Shown here: piece after piece, positions 11,530 through 25,892 of the stretch
Layout: the number at the start of each line of letters is the position of its first letter
Numbering within the stretch: the first letter of the stretch is position 1
Source: Nemertoderma westbladi
Lineage: Eukaryota > Animalia > Xenacoelomorpha
Assembly (NCBI GenBank): GCA_032718475.1
Contig: JAUCBJ010004651.1
Coordinates: 79,253-143,252, forward strand
Length of the DNA: 64,000 nt
Direction: 5' to 3'
Program-made: the position numbers and the translations under genes
The notes under the pieces: model-generated
Told to the model about the DNA's origin: nothing
The model's database searches: none
What the model saw: only the letters and a program-made list of their open reading frames with translations

Positions 11530-14500
11530 AGAGAAGGGTATTAGCAGGCGTACATCAAACAATAGTAACCACATGGAATGAATGTACAGTGGCAGTGCGT
11601 ACATCAAACAATGGTTACCACATGGAATGAATGTGCCGTGGCTGTGCGTACATCAAACAATAGTAACCACATGTAATGAATGTACCGTGGCAGTGCGTAC
11701 ATCAAACAATAGTAACCACATGGAATGAATGTACAGTAGAAGGGTATTGGCAGTGCGTACATCAAACAATAGTAACCACATGGAATGAATGTTCAGTAGA
11801 AGGGTATTGGCAGTGTGTACATCAAACAATAGTAACCACATGGAATGAATGTACAGTAGAAGGGTATTGGCAGTGTGTACATCAAACAATAGTAACCACA
11901 TGGAATGAATGTACAGGCAGAGCGTACATCAAACAATAGTAACCACATGGAATGAATGTACAGTAGAAGGGTATTGGCAGTGCGTACATCGAACAATAAT
12001 AACCACATGGAATGAATGTACCGTGGCAGTGCGTACATCAAACAATAGTAACCACATGGAATGAATGTACAGTAGAAGGGTATTGGCAGTGCGTACATCA
12101 AACAATAGTAACCACATGGAATGAATGTACAGGCAGTGCGTACATCAAACAATAGTAACCACATGGAATGAATGTACCGTGGCAGTGCGTACATCAAACA
12201 ATAGTAACCACATGGAATTAATGTACAGTAGAAGGGTATTGGCAGTGCGTACATCAAACAATAGTAACAACATGGAATGAATGTACAGGCAGTGCGTACA
12301 TCAAACAATAGTAACCACATGGAATGAATGTACAGTAGAAGGGTATTGGCAGTGTGTACATCAAACAATAGTAACCACATGGAATGAATGTACAGGCAGT
12401 GCGTACATCAAACAATAGTAACCACATGGAATGAATGTACCGTGGCAGTGCGTACAACAAACAATAGTAACCACATGGAATGAATGTACAGTAGAAGGGT
12501 ATTGGCAGTGCGTACATCAAACAATAGTAACCAGATGGAATGAATGTACAGGCAGTGCGTACATCAAACAATAGTAACCACATGGAATGAATGTACCGTG
12601 GCAGTGCGTACATCAAACAATAGTAACCACATGGAATGAATGTACAGTAGAAGGGTATTGGCAGTGCGTACATCAAACAATAATAACCCCATGGAATGAA
12701 TATACCGTGGCAGTGCGTACATCAAACAATAGTAATCACATGGAATGAATGTACAGTAGAAGGGTATTGGCAGTGCGTACATCAAACAATAGTAACCACA
12801 TGGAATGAATGTACAGGCAGTGCGTACATCAAACAATAGTAACCACATGGAATGAATGTACCGTGGCAGTGCGTACATCAAACAATAGTAACCACATGGA
12901 ATGACTGTACAGTAGAAGGGTATTGGCAGTGCGTACATCAAACAATAGTAACCGCATGGAATGAATGTACCGTGGCAGTGCGTACATCAAACAATAGTAA
13001 CCACATGGAATGAATGTACAGTATAAGAGTATTGACAGTGCGTACATTAAACAATAGTAACCACATGGAATGAATGTACAGGCAGTGCGTACATCAAACA
13101 ATAGTAACCACATGGAATGAATGTACAGGCAGTGCGTACATCAAACAATAGTAACCACATGGAATGAAAGTACCGTGGCAGTGCGTACATCAAACAATAG
13201 TAACCACATGGAATGAATGTACCGTGGCAGTGCGTACATCAAACAATAGTAACCACATGGAATTAATGTACAGTGGCAGTGCGTACATCAAACAATAGTA
13301 ACCACATGGAATGAATGTACAGTAGAAGGGTATTGGCAGTGCGTACATCAAACAATAGTAACCACATGGAATGAATGTACAGTGGCAGTGCGTACATCAA
13401 ACAATAGTAACCACATGGAATGAATGTACCGTGGCAGTGCGTACATCAAACAATAGTAACCACATGGAATGAATGTACAGTAGAAGGGTATTGGCAGTGC
13501 GTACATCAAACAATAGTAACCACATGGAATTAATGTACAGTAGAAGGGTATTGGCAGTGTGTACATCAAACAATAGTAACCGCATGGAATTAATGTACAG
13601 TAGAAGGGTATTGGCAGTGTGTACATCAAACAATAGTAACCGCATGGAATTAATGTACAGTAGAAGGGTATTGGCAGTGTGTACATCAAACAATAGTAAC
13701 CACATGGAATGAATGTAAATCAATCTGGCTGTAAATCGTGAATGAATGTTCAGTAGAAGGGTATTGGCAGTGCGTACATCAAACAATTTTTAACCACATG
13801 GAATGAATGTTCAGTAGAAGGGTATTGGCAGTGCGTACATCAAACAATAGTAACCACATGGAATGAATGTTCAGTAGAAGGGTATTGGCAGTGCGTACAT
13901 CAAACAATAGTAACCACATGGAATGAATGTACCGTGGCAGTGCGTACATCAAACAATAGTAACCACATGGAATGAATGTACAGTAGAAGGGTATTGGCAG
14001 TGCGTACATCAAACAATAGTAACCACATGGAATTAATGTACAGTAGAAGGGTATTGGCAGTGTGTACATCAAACAATAGTAACCGCATGGAATTAATGTA
14101 CAGTAGAAGGGTATTGGCAGTGTGTACATCAAACAATAGTAACCGCATGGAATTAATGTACAGTAGAACGGTATTGGCAGTGTGTACTGTACATCAAACA
14201 ATAGTAACCACATGGAATGAATGTAAATCAATCTGGCTGTAAATCGTGAATGAATGTTCAGTAGAAGGGTATTGGCAGTGCGTACATCAAACAATTTTTA
14301 ACCACATGGAATGAATGTTCAGTAGAAGGGTATTGGCAGTGCGTACATCAAACAATTTTTAACCACATGGAATAAATGTTCAGTAGAAGGGTATTGGCAG
14401 TGCGTACATCAAACAATAGTAACCACATGGAATTAATGTACAGTAGAAGGGTATTGGCAGTGTGTACATCAAACAATAGTAACCACATGGAATGAATGTA

Positions 14501-15713
14501 AATCAATCTGGCTGTAAATCGTGAATGAATGTTCAGTAGAAGGGTATTGGCAGTGCGTACATCAAACAATTTTTAACCACATGGAATAAATGTTCAGTAG
14601 AAGGGTATTGGCAGTGCGTACATCAAACAATAGTAACCACATGGAATTAATGTACAGTAGAAGGGTATTGGCAGTGTGTTCATCAAACAATAGTAACCAC
14701 ATGGAATGAATGTAAATCAATCTGGCTGTAAATCGTGAATGAATGTTCAGTAGAAGGGTATTGGCAGTGCGTACATCAAACAATTTTTAACCACATGGAA
14801 TAAATGTTCAGTAGAAGGGTATTGGCAGTGCGTACATCAAACAATAGTAACCACATGGAATTAATGTACAGTAGAAGGGTATTGGCAGTGCGTACATCAA
14901 ACACTAGTAACCACATGGAATGAATGTACAGTAGAAGTGTATTGGCAGTGCGTACATCAAACAATTGTAACCACATGGAATGAATGTTCAGTAGAAGGGT
15001 ATTGGCAGTGCGTACATCAAACAATTTTTAACCACATGGAATAAATGTTCAGTAGAAGGGTATTGGCAGTGCGTACATCAAACAATTGTAACCACATGGA
15101 ATGAATGTACAGTAGAAGTGTATTGGCAGTGCGTACATCAAACAATTGTAACCACATGGGATGAATGTTCAGTAGAAGGGTATTGGCAGTGCGTACATCA
15201 AACAATAATAACCACATGGGATGAATGTTCAGTAGAAGGGTATTGGCAGTGCGTACATCAAACAATAATAACCACATGGGATGAATGTTCAGTAGAAGTG
15301 TATTGGCAGTGCGTACATCAAACAATTGTAACCACATGGGATGAATGTTCAGTAGAAGGGTATTGGCAGTGCGTACATCAAACAATAATAACCACATGGG
15401 ATGAATGTTCAGTAGAAGTGTATTGGCAGTGCGTACATCAAACAATTGTAACCACATGGAATAAATGTTCAGTAGAAGGGTATTGGCAGTGCGTACATCA
15501 AACAATAATAACCACATGGGATGAATGTTCAGTAGAAGGGTATTGGCAGTGCGTACATCAAACAATAATAACCACATGGGATGAATGTTCAGTAGAAGTG
15601 TATTGGCAGTGCGTACATCAAACAATTGTAACCACATGGGATGAATGTTCAGTAGAAGGGTATTGGCAGTGCGTACATCAAACAATAATAACCACATGGG
15701 ATGAATGTTCAGT
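11530..15713. repeat. ~4.2-kb minisatellite, 60-bp unit (CAGTAGAAGGGTATTGGCAGTGCGTACATCAAACAATAGTAACCACATGGAATGAATGTA) with ~47-49-bp deletion variants and higher-order repeats
   Basis: Read directly; a 214-bp higher-order period is visible at 14348/14562/14776. All ORFs here are repeat artefacts. Confidence 0.97.
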
Positions 15714-16482
15714 AATAATTAATGAAAGTTTATCAATTCAAAAGGTTTACAGCTTTAACAGGATTGATCTACTGTATTGAATTTACTGCGATCGATATAT
15801 CAACTATATTTATTACCCTGATATTTTGTTATTTTTCCGGTTATTTTAACCCGAGGAACAGGAACTAGCCGAGGCGTAGCCGAGGCTTTCCTGTTCCGAG
15901 GAACAGGAATTTCCATTTAATTATTTCATTTAATTACTAGAATATAGCATGATTAAGACCCAAGTCAGGTCGAAAAATTGCAAACCACACAACTTTTTAG
16001 CACTGTATTGGCTTGAATAAATTACTAATTCAATTTATATTAAAATATTCAATTGAAAAGCCGGATTGTGCCCGCGTCGGTTGAATGTTTGGTTCTATAA
16101 TATTCACACAAGACCTACAGTATATAATGTATATACTGTACATTATAAAATAATTATTATACTTATTATACATCATAATTATATTATTATATATTATAAT
16201 TTATAATTTAGGCCTAATAATGCATAACGTACTGTAGTACCTGTAGGCCTATGCATACTGTACAGAACCACCCCCCATCCACACAATTAGGATGCAATGA
16301 CCACGCTTATGCATCATTACCAAAAACTGCATTCCTTCTCACACCATAGACTTATTGCTATTATTATTATTATATATTATTATTGCTATTGCAGTAGTTT
16401 ACATTTTGCTACATACAGTAGGCCTAGTTGCATATATTTATATGCTACTTATATCTACTTCTATAAATTTGTATTATCCTAG

Positions 16483-16616
16483 GCAGAAATGATGCAGCCA
16501 TCACCAGTTCAGAACCGAAATATACACAACAAGATGAAAGCGACAACGGAGATTCCAATATACCATCAAAAAATCTATACCACTTCTTAAATAAAATACC
16601 GGCGAAAACCGAAACG
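16483..16616 (+). CDS. Knottin prepropeptide exon 2: propeptide (G)RNDAAITSSEPKYTQQDESDNGDSNIPSKNLYHFLNKIPAKTET
   Basis: Acceptor ttgtattatcctag|gc and donor acg|GTAAGT. The exon is 134 nt, phase 1 in and phase 0 out, open in frame, and exactly bridges exon 1 and exon 3. Confidence 0.75.
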
Positions 16617-19600
16617 GTAAGTAAATAATAACTCTGAAAATACAATATTATTTAGGCTTAACTACTGTACTGGGCGTGCACTAGGCCTAGGACTTAGGCA
16701 GGCCTATCTGATTTTAGATTTAATAAATCTGGAATATTGATTCCCCATCTAAATTTCCTACAGATGGAAATTCTAAAGAAATTGGCATATTTTAATACAA
16801 CAGTAATTTGTTTTTGCATTTTTTTGGAGCATGGGTATTTTGTCATCTTTATACCCGCAGGTACTCTCAAAGTTTTTTAGGGACTTTAGTACCATTTTAT
16901 ATCGCGTAAGCCACACACCTGTTTTAGTATATTGTAATACCTTGTACCTTAATAAACTTCACTTGTTAACAAAATATTTATTTGTTAAAACATATTAAAC
17001 AACATTCAGTTCCATGAAACATACAGTACATTAAGACCAAAGATACCCCCAAGACTTGACTGCCCGTTCTGTAGAAAACAAAGAGGTACAGTAAAGTAGC
17101 GTTAGGTCCCAAAGAACGTTAGGCCCCATTGTCATTTAAAGGAGCAGGTTACTGTACAGAGGCGTGATGGGGGAACCAAAACAATAAACGAAAGTTAACA
17201 CATGTTACAAGATTATGCAGATCTTTATAATTGGGTCTTTAGTTTTAGTTTTGTACGCCCCCTACTCACCCGACAATAATTGCTGAACCTACAACTGTAG
17301 GCTCTACACTCTACAGCCTACACGCATATTCGTAGTCCGTTCGATTTCACCCTAAAACAAGTAATTGTTCATGATCGAGGTTATGACGTAGTTATGGTAT
17401 AACTAGAGTGTACAGTATGTACATTGCACAGTGAGGTAGGACATTTATGGCATTATCCTAATAAAGTACAATATTCTTGTAGGGAGATTGCTGCGCTTTG
17501 CTGCATAATAATTAGTTAAAATGTCGAGCTGTCATCCTCAAAACATTTTATGAGGTTTGGCATTAACTGCATAAATTATTCAAATACCCGCAAAAAGTTA
17601 GTAGTATACAGTACAGTAGTACTAAGATTAAAATCCCCCCCCCCCCCCCCCCTCCCCAATTCTTAGTTTGCCCTAATTTTATTATAGTAAGTTGTCTGTC
17701 ATAATTGTGACATTGGAAAAAAACATTAATCAATCTGTGTTTTAGGCCACGAGCCACGAGGATCAGAGCACTGTAAAGTGCTACAGTACTTTGCCACAAG
17801 TATGTATGTAGTTTTATTGCAAAATTTTAACATTACGAAATGATTGTATATTATAAGTGATAGAAACTGCACAAATTAAATTAGTTGAGGTATAAATAAG
17901 TGTAAAAATGACATAAATAATGTTTTAAAAAAGTTAGCTTCTATTTATTTGTGGCGTTTGGAGCCATGTTAATAGTTTATAGCTACTGGATATTAATAGC
18001 TACCGGTAGGTATTGCAGTAGGCCTACCTGGCTGTCAGGCAATTAATAATAAATACCAACTATTGTTTATGTGGTAACCATGACGGCGTGTTGTAAAGTC
18101 CCGCTAATGGGACATTACAGTACATAAATAATACTGTAATACACCAATACAATACTAATTGTACAGTCCAATATAAAGCTCTAATTTCCTCTACAGTTGT
18201 AATGTGCTAACTAACAACTCGCTGTTAATACTATCAGCATTGAGTAATGCAACAATTTTGGAATAAAAGTTATACAGTACTTAAGGGGAGTGGTGGGGGG
18301 TGGGGGGGGGGGGGGGGGGTGTACACAGTTTTGGTCCAAAATATGTTGAAATTATTTTTATGATATATATTATAATGCACGATTAAATTGTGTTTCCAAA
18401 TCTGAAAACTGCTATTTAATAGCTCTTTAGTTTTCAGGTTATAACAATTTCCATTTAGGGATTCCTATTGAAATTACTGTTACTTTCTATAATGAAAGGT
18501 CGATTATCTCCAAATATTTTTTCATGAATTTGCCAGCTTCAAAACCCTACTACCACAATTTTTGAGCAGTTTGTCTGAAAATGTCTGTGTGTGTCTAAAT
18601 AGCCACCCTGCATAAAAGTATCGGACAACTTTTTGAAATTTTTTGTTAATAAAATTTACTACTACAGTACACTACTGTATTTATAACAAACCTAATAAAT
18701 TAGCATAAATTTGCAGCCAATCATACCAAGTCCAGGCCACGTGCCCATGTACCATGTGCAGGTGTTAGCCATGTTACCAATTTTACTTATACAGTATATA
18801 AGGATAAATTTAGCTCGCTTACGTTGGGGTTATGAAATTACATAAAATTCATACAGACCACTGTAATTTGAGCCAAGCAATTGTTACTAATGTTCCCCTC
18901 TGCTTACCTCAATAATAAAGAAAAGGGGGAATTATCGATTATTCGTATCTACGTATTCTCCAAATATAAACATCAATTAAATATGTGACCAAATAACAAT
19001 GAATAACAGTATTATATGCGGTGCCGGCAGTTAATCAGCAGTCAGATGTTTGCCTTAGTTATTAAGGCAGAAGTCAGAATCAATGATTTAGAGATGGGTG
19101 CATAGAGAGTAGTGCAGAGATAAGTTACTATAATCTATAATACTCTAGCCGCTGATGGTCTTGGGCAGAAGTCTGAATGAATGATTTTGCCGCACTGCGA
19201 TATATTCATATGTAAACAAGGCCTCAAGAATTGGCAAAGTGAAAATTGTGCTGATTGTCTGGGAAAATAACATAGAGGCTACGGGACAAAGAAAATACTG
19301 ACCAATCTATACCAAAATAAACGCTAAAGGGCGTAAGTTTTATGTGCTCTCAAAACCCTTGAGATACTGCCAGTTTTAGAGTAGTTCGCGTTTTGCACAA
19401 AAACGACACATTTTTGCCGCAAAGGCTTTAACATCGCCTATAGTTATGTTGCACCATCTTTGATCTATCATATAAAAAAACTTGCTCATATGATTAGATT
19501 CAAAACTGTAAAAGCCTTAGGGTTTTAAGCGAAACCAAGTTTTTTTTATAGTTATAACTAGTACTACAACTGTAACCAATATTAAATATAGCGAAAAATA

Positions 19601-20024
19601 AAATTTTTCTGACCTGTCATGTAGAATAGCCTCTTAGGTACTTATTTTCCAAATTATAGGCAAAACCAAACAATTTTAAAACGCCAAGAATACATAATCT
19701 TTGAAAGGCCGAGAGTGATAAATCGAAGAGTTATCCGAAAATAAAATAATAAATGGCAGTAATTTTTTATGACCCCTTTTTTCCGACATTCAGCATGTAC
19801 TGAAACAACATCCAGACGGTGATTCACACACATTCTCTCAGTCCTACTGTACTCAGTTTTAAAAAGTTATAATTTAAATACACACTACATTCAGACATTT
19901 CAAAATACAATTGAATTAAATCAATTCAACCTTAACGATATACACGCAACATGGCATGTATGTATAAAGCTAAGGCATTTTTCTAACCAAAACAATAATC
20001 GATCAAGATCACTTTACCAATGAG

Positions 20025-20185
20025 GGGAAGGAAAAGGAGCAGTTTACAGTGGCGGGCTTTACCAATTAATGGAAAGGAGCACGTTGCAGAGGCGGGTTTT
20101 TCTAACCAAAAACAATAAACGATCACTTTAACAATTGATGGAAAGGAGTAGGTTACAGCGGCAGGCGTTTCTAAATAAAACAATA
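20025..20185 (+). repeat. Dispersed repeat motif AAAGGAGCAGGTTACAGTGGC...TCTAACCAAAACAATAAA (tandem copies here)
   Basis: Related copies at ~8845, ~17138, ~49950(-), ~54470(-), ~59600(-), ~62320(-). Confidence 0.55.
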
Positions 20186-20322
20186 TTGACATTGTTGATC
20201 TTGATGGTAGAGTAGGCAGTAGGCATGGTATAATATACAGTATATCACAATATTCATTGTCAATTACAACACAAATCGATACAACAGCCGGTTAATGCTG
20301 CTCAGTATCGTAAACTACAGTA

Positions 20323-23300
20323 CCCTGCAAACCATAGCAACATTATAATAATGTTTATTAACATCTTTATTCAAATAATAAAATATTAAAATTCAAATGT
20401 TAAACTAATGCCAGTTTTAATATTTTTTTGGCAAAGCGCTCGGACCCTGTGCAATAAAAGTGCACTTTCGGCAGTATTCGGTAACCAATATTAATCAGTG
20501 TTATTATAACATTGGAATTCTAATAGTTAGTGGGTTTCCCACCCTTACAATTCGAATGTTATTCTAACATTAAGCTAATATTGGAATTATTTCATAGCAT
20601 TCTCATAGCATTCCTGATTTAGTTTCTCACTATTTTCTCATTATTATTCTAACATTAGTACATCAATACTAAAACATTATGATTTTAATGTTATTAAATG
20701 CATGGTATCTTGTAAAAGGCCTACATAGAGTTTCCATATAAACAATGTTATTTCTATAAATGCAAAAACTTAATACACCTGAACAAAATTGGTGCGGTTT
20801 GTTTTATAATATTACAGAATAACAATGGGTAAAAACGCTATTTATTAATATTATAATCATAATATGAATAATAATATTAGCATTATGTGTAAAAAAAACG
20901 CAATGCTTTTATCTTATTATCTTATAGAAAATATAACTAACAACAGTAATTTACAATAATGTCTGGTTAATCCCCAATGTAGTGCTAATCTCGTAGGTAT
21001 AAAAACACAGAACGTTCCGATACCTAATAGGACAATCTATTACAATTTTATTATTAATTTAAAAGATATTGCAAGAAACAAACAATTAAAATTTGATATA
21101 AATATAAATAAAGGTTGACCTATTTTATGCACATGTATAGGCCTTACGGTATAAGTTCTTATAAGTCCAATCAAAATTCCAGTTCTCAATTCCAGTCTCG
21201 ATTTCGTTTTCTATCTTTTCGATTGCGATACACTCCTCGGCTCCTCCAACTTTTCTAGCACTGTAAAGTAATTAAGATTATATTAATTAAGATTACATTG
21301 ATTACATTTTTAGATTACAGTACCATAATATTAAGTTGACAGCGACATGGTATTCCGTCATATAAGTTAAGAAAATTATGTTATAGATACTCAAACCTAA
21401 ACCAACCCACCCACATACATAATATTTAACACACAAATCCTCACCACTATTATTTATCTAATACAAAACTAATCTTTCATTATATATACACATATATCAT
21501 AATCTATACATTATAATATAATTTCTAACATGTTCTTTCAGTAGATCCACCAGCGCGCCCGCAACTTGAACAAAATAGTTTGTAATCACTTTCTCCACCT
21601 TCGCGTCAACACCATAGGACTAGTGTTCAGTGAGAAAGCTAGAAGAAATTTAATTTAAATTTAATTTAAATTTGTATCTCATGACTGAGCCTCTTGCTGC
21701 GCGAAGGCCCCACGGACGTGTTATTTTAGGTTATTATGTTACGAGATTCAAACTATAGCAGTTCTTCCTAGGGTACAGAATAAAGTTATTTACTTTACTT
21801 TCTTTACATAAAATGAAACACAATAATATTATGTTCAAATTATCCTACTGCGTGAATGTGGGGCGAGCCACGAAAGTAAGCGTTCTCTCGATCTGTGGGT
21901 CCGTGTTTTTAAATGTGAATAACTCGGCTAAATCTCGATGAAATCTAATCCAACTTAGTACACATGTTGTTTGGCAAAAGTTTATCAATTTTCCAAATAG
22001 AATTTGCGTGGGGTCTTCAGGATGAGCTAATGAAGGAGACTAGTATTATGTTGACTATACTTGCAACTTTAGTACAGAATATCGGACGATATGGCTACTA
22101 CTACTAGGATCGGCATGCTGCATTGCAGCTGCATTTTTAAGAATGCTGTGCCGGCTTGTCAACAAAATTGCACCGCCACAACTCCCTATCACCCATGACA
22201 TTTGCTAGATCATCCGCATCTTTAAGGCCAGTGTCCTTTAAGCATGCGTCTCAAGAAAGTCATGGGCTGTCCACCATGCTTATTCACTCCATGAGGCTGC
22301 CAAAGTACAAGATTATGCACTGGCTGGTCCTCACGGCGAAAGCAATGTCCTGCAAAGCGGAGGCGATTTTGTTCTAGTGTCAAGCTTGGGGAACCAATGA
22401 GACACCTCCAATGTTATATAGTGTCTGGTTGGAGATGTGTGCATTGTACTTGACACAATGTACCCGGCGTAGCATTCTTGTGAATGTGCCTCCAGAGATT
22501 TGGTGTCCTCAGCAGTTAGAGCCCAGCATGGACTCCCGTAGAGGAGTACTGGAACTACTGCTGCTCTAAATAATCGGACCTTAAGTTTCCGATTAATTCT
22601 CGGTGACTTCCATATCCTGGAAAGATTAGTCAAGGCTTTCTTATAGACTTTCGCGCTTGCGTTTCGAAGGCCCTCACAATGCTGTCAGGATAAATGTCCC
22701 AGGTAACATAAATAAATCCACATGCTCATGCATACCATACTTTGCAGCTTATGCTCATCCTGTATCAGTAGACCGGCGTGAGGCCTATCAATGTTACTGT
22801 AACAATTCCATATCGGTATGTAACAGGAGATAATGAAAAATTGTCTAACCTTTAAGCAGCATGTTAGAATGAGCTTAGGAGCGTTGGTCTCCCTCGAATG
22901 CATGTCTGAGCAGTTTTCCATATTTCTCGGCGAATGTGTTGTCCAGTCCAGGTCGTGCGCAGGATGTCAAAACTCGCAGCCGATAGTGATTGTGAGAAGT
23001 TGGAGAATTCGTCAATCTACAAAGATTAGAAAAAACTCTTCGCTTACTAACATTTTAATGCTAAAATATATAAACAATTATTACATTAGTAAAAATTATT
23101 AATTACTGATCTAGAATAAATAATATGAAATCAAAAGAATACGTTTCTAGAACGTATCAAGCAAAGCAAACAGTCGGCTGAAGCCGGAAGCGACCAGAAG
23201 GCTCCCCTTTCGATAGCTACTACCCGAAGGTATTGTAGTAATCTTCAACAATTCATTATTCTGTTTTACTCAATTTGTTAAATAATTTAATGTCAATTTC

Positions 23301-24679
23301 GACTTCCCATATAGGATAAAAGGATAAAGATGCCATTATCATTCTCACCTTATACTTTGCCAGTGCATTATTCTCCTTTAGGGCCTTTTCCCATTTGGCT
23401 AAATCCTCAGGAGTGTCCTACCGGCTGGTCGGGGAACAGGACCTCTGAATGAAGAGTCTCTCCTTGAATCCATTCCATTATTTTTAAAGTTCCTTGGACA
23501 CTCTTCAACTCCTCCTTCCTCCTTTATTTCCTCCAAGGAGGGAACAATGTTGTGTAGAGGGGGCATGACAGGCAAACACCCACCCCGACCCCCCTCTCGA
23601 AGTTTGTTTATTGTGCAGATAATTTTTAACAATATTTAGTTATTTACTGTAACTAAAACGCAAGCTGCCTTTCGGATCTCGTGCGTGGTCTCTGTGGCAC
23701 GTGCCTTATTGGTCTCATTGTTAATCCGCCCATGCATTTGATTGTGCAAAGCGCCACTCCCCCACCCCCACCTCTATCTGGTTGTGAAATACATGTACCC
23801 ACCTAGGTTAATTTTGCATTCATTTGTTAGGGGTGGGAGAGGGGGTGGGTGTTCTGCCATTCTACTGTATGTATTATGTGACAACCGCGCACATTGGAAC
23901 TGATATATCTGTAGGCCTACTGTAGGTATGGCTGTATGGAACCGTACTGAAAAACATCCATATACTGTACTGTAAGTTACGGTCCAGGAAAACCAAAACA
24001 TGAACACATTTGGTTCATGTGGATGCAAATTAAATAATTAAAATTATATAGTTGTACACCCTACAGTTATGTAGGCCTAGTTGACACGCACTGAGGTAGG
24101 TGTGTTAAACAATCTGCACTGGCAAGGACTGGACAATAACGATAATGAAAACAATGGAAATACACGTGCAAAGTTCTGTACCACAGAGGGCCTAATAAAG
24201 ATAACATTAGGACAACATTAGAATAATATTGTTATTCAACGCAGTTGAAGTATGACCCGCCAACATTCGAAAAACAACGTTAGAATAACCTTTTCGCATC
24301 ATTGTTATAACAATGCTATGATTCATTCCCAATGCAAATTCATTTCCAAAGAAAATATTCTGATTTGAATATTTCGATAACATTGGAAATAGATTATAAT
24401 ATCAATAGTATGGAATATAGTATTAGAATATCATTCAAAATATGTTGCGATTAAATGTGTTAAATAAAAAACATTGCTGTTCCAATGTATTCTGAATGTC
24501 ATTTCACTATCTGAATTTTAATATTAGTATTTAAATATTATTTTAGATTACTTCAATATTAAAATGTAAAATTTTGGGTTTTTCTCAAATAATTTGTCTC
24601 ATTGCACTATTGCACAACTTTTTAGCAGCATTAAATTTCCAATACAAAATTAATCCTCGGATACTTCTGGTTTGCAGGG
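20323..24679. mobile_element. Large degenerate TIR DNA element with TA flanks, containing nested repeats
   Basis: TA|CCCTGCAAACCA at 20321 and TGGTTTGCAGGG|TA at 24681; both subterminal regions are rich in AACATT/AATGTT/TTAGAAT motifs. Confidence 0.6.
22095..22660 (-). mobile_element. LINE (RTE-like, second family) 3' fragment with (AGT)n tail
   Basis: Minus-strand IWKSPRINRKLKVRLFRAAVVPVLLYGSPCWALT...RLRFAGHCFRREDQPVH; tail GCATGCCGATCCTAGTAGTAG. Confidence 0.85.
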
Positions 24680-24966
24680 TATACTCTATGCTATGGTTAC
24701 TAAAAACAGGACAACAGTTTAGTAGGAACCGATACATTATGAAGAAAGGGGTCATAATGAGTAAAAAAATGTGGTCAGAAAAAATCTTTTTTTCATAATA
24801 AATTATAATACCGTTAATAATTAAAGGTATTAAAGATGTATGTAGCATTCTTAATGAGGCTGTGTGCCAATTATAAATATACAGTGTAGATATATATATA
24901 TACTTTCTATATACTTATTCACGTATATATACTTACGACTATATACTTCATTACGTAGCGTAAATA

Positions 24967-25850
24967 CACCATAACCCTTAATACAACAACCATTTTTAGG
25001 GGGTCGGAGCACCCCCCCCCCCCCTAATTTTTTTCAAATTTAATTAAAATGCTACGAAATTTGGTATGATTATAGATCGACACCTTTTCTTACTGGTGGC
25101 CTGGCCGGATTTTTCAATTTCTCACTTATTTCCATACAACAATCCCTTAAAAAATGTCTATTTAGCAATGTTTAACCACCTCCTAGACTTTATTTTACGT
25201 CTTTGAAATGTAATTTAGATATCATTCGAAGCGCCTTCGTCTGTAGATTCCGAATCTGAAAACAGTTTTAAATTTAACCAAACATTGGTAAAGATATTAT
25301 CAAAATACTAATGTGTAAATTTAGAGACGTAAATCGCTATAATTCTGATGTTTTGTTGTCTTTATTCTAGAATATTAATTATTATTAAGCTGAGCGTTTT
25401 AAAACTCCATCTTGTTTTTTCATTACCCATAATTAATATTCTAGAATTGAGTAAAAAAAACATTAGAATTATAGCGATTTACGTCACAAAAATTTACACC
25501 TTAGTATTTTGATAATATCTCCGTAAGTTCTTGGTGAAATTTACAACGGGTTTCATATTCGGAATCTGCAGATGAAGGTGGTTCTAATGATATCTAGATC
25601 TCATTCCCATGACGAAAAATAAAGCTGACACGGAGATGGCTAAATATTGCGAAATAGACGATTTTTAAGGGCTTGTTGTATCGAAATAGCTCATAAATTA
25701 AAAAATCTGACCAGGCCACCAGTAAGAAAAGGTGTCGATCTATCATCATACCAAATTTCGTAGCATTTTATTGAAATTTGAAAAAAATTAGGGGGGGGGG
25801 GGGGGGGCTCCGACCCCCTAAAAATGGTTGTTGTATTAAGGGTTATGGTG
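24967..25850. mobile_element. 884-bp foldback MITE (whole element is an imperfect palindrome) with TA TSD
   Basis: TA|CACCATAACCCTTAATACAACAACCATTTTTAGGGGGTCGGAGC... is mirrored by ...GCTCCGACCCCCTAAAAATGGTTGTTGTATTAAGGGTTATGGTG|TA; arm similarity continues to ~25400. Confidence 0.9.
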
Positions 25851-25892
25851 TATGATATCGTACTGTATAGTATATACGTACATATTTTTCAG

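Noticed and set aside
11653-15780. Many repetitive ORFs (MWLLLFDVRTANT..., YWQCVHQT...)
   Set aside because: Products of the 60-bp satellite on both strands.
25824-25892. ORF-track N-terminus MVVVLRVMVYDIVLYSIYVHIFQ as the knottin signal peptide
   Set aside because: Its ATG lies inside the MITE TIR and the segment ends at a strong splice acceptor; the spliced model is more coherent.
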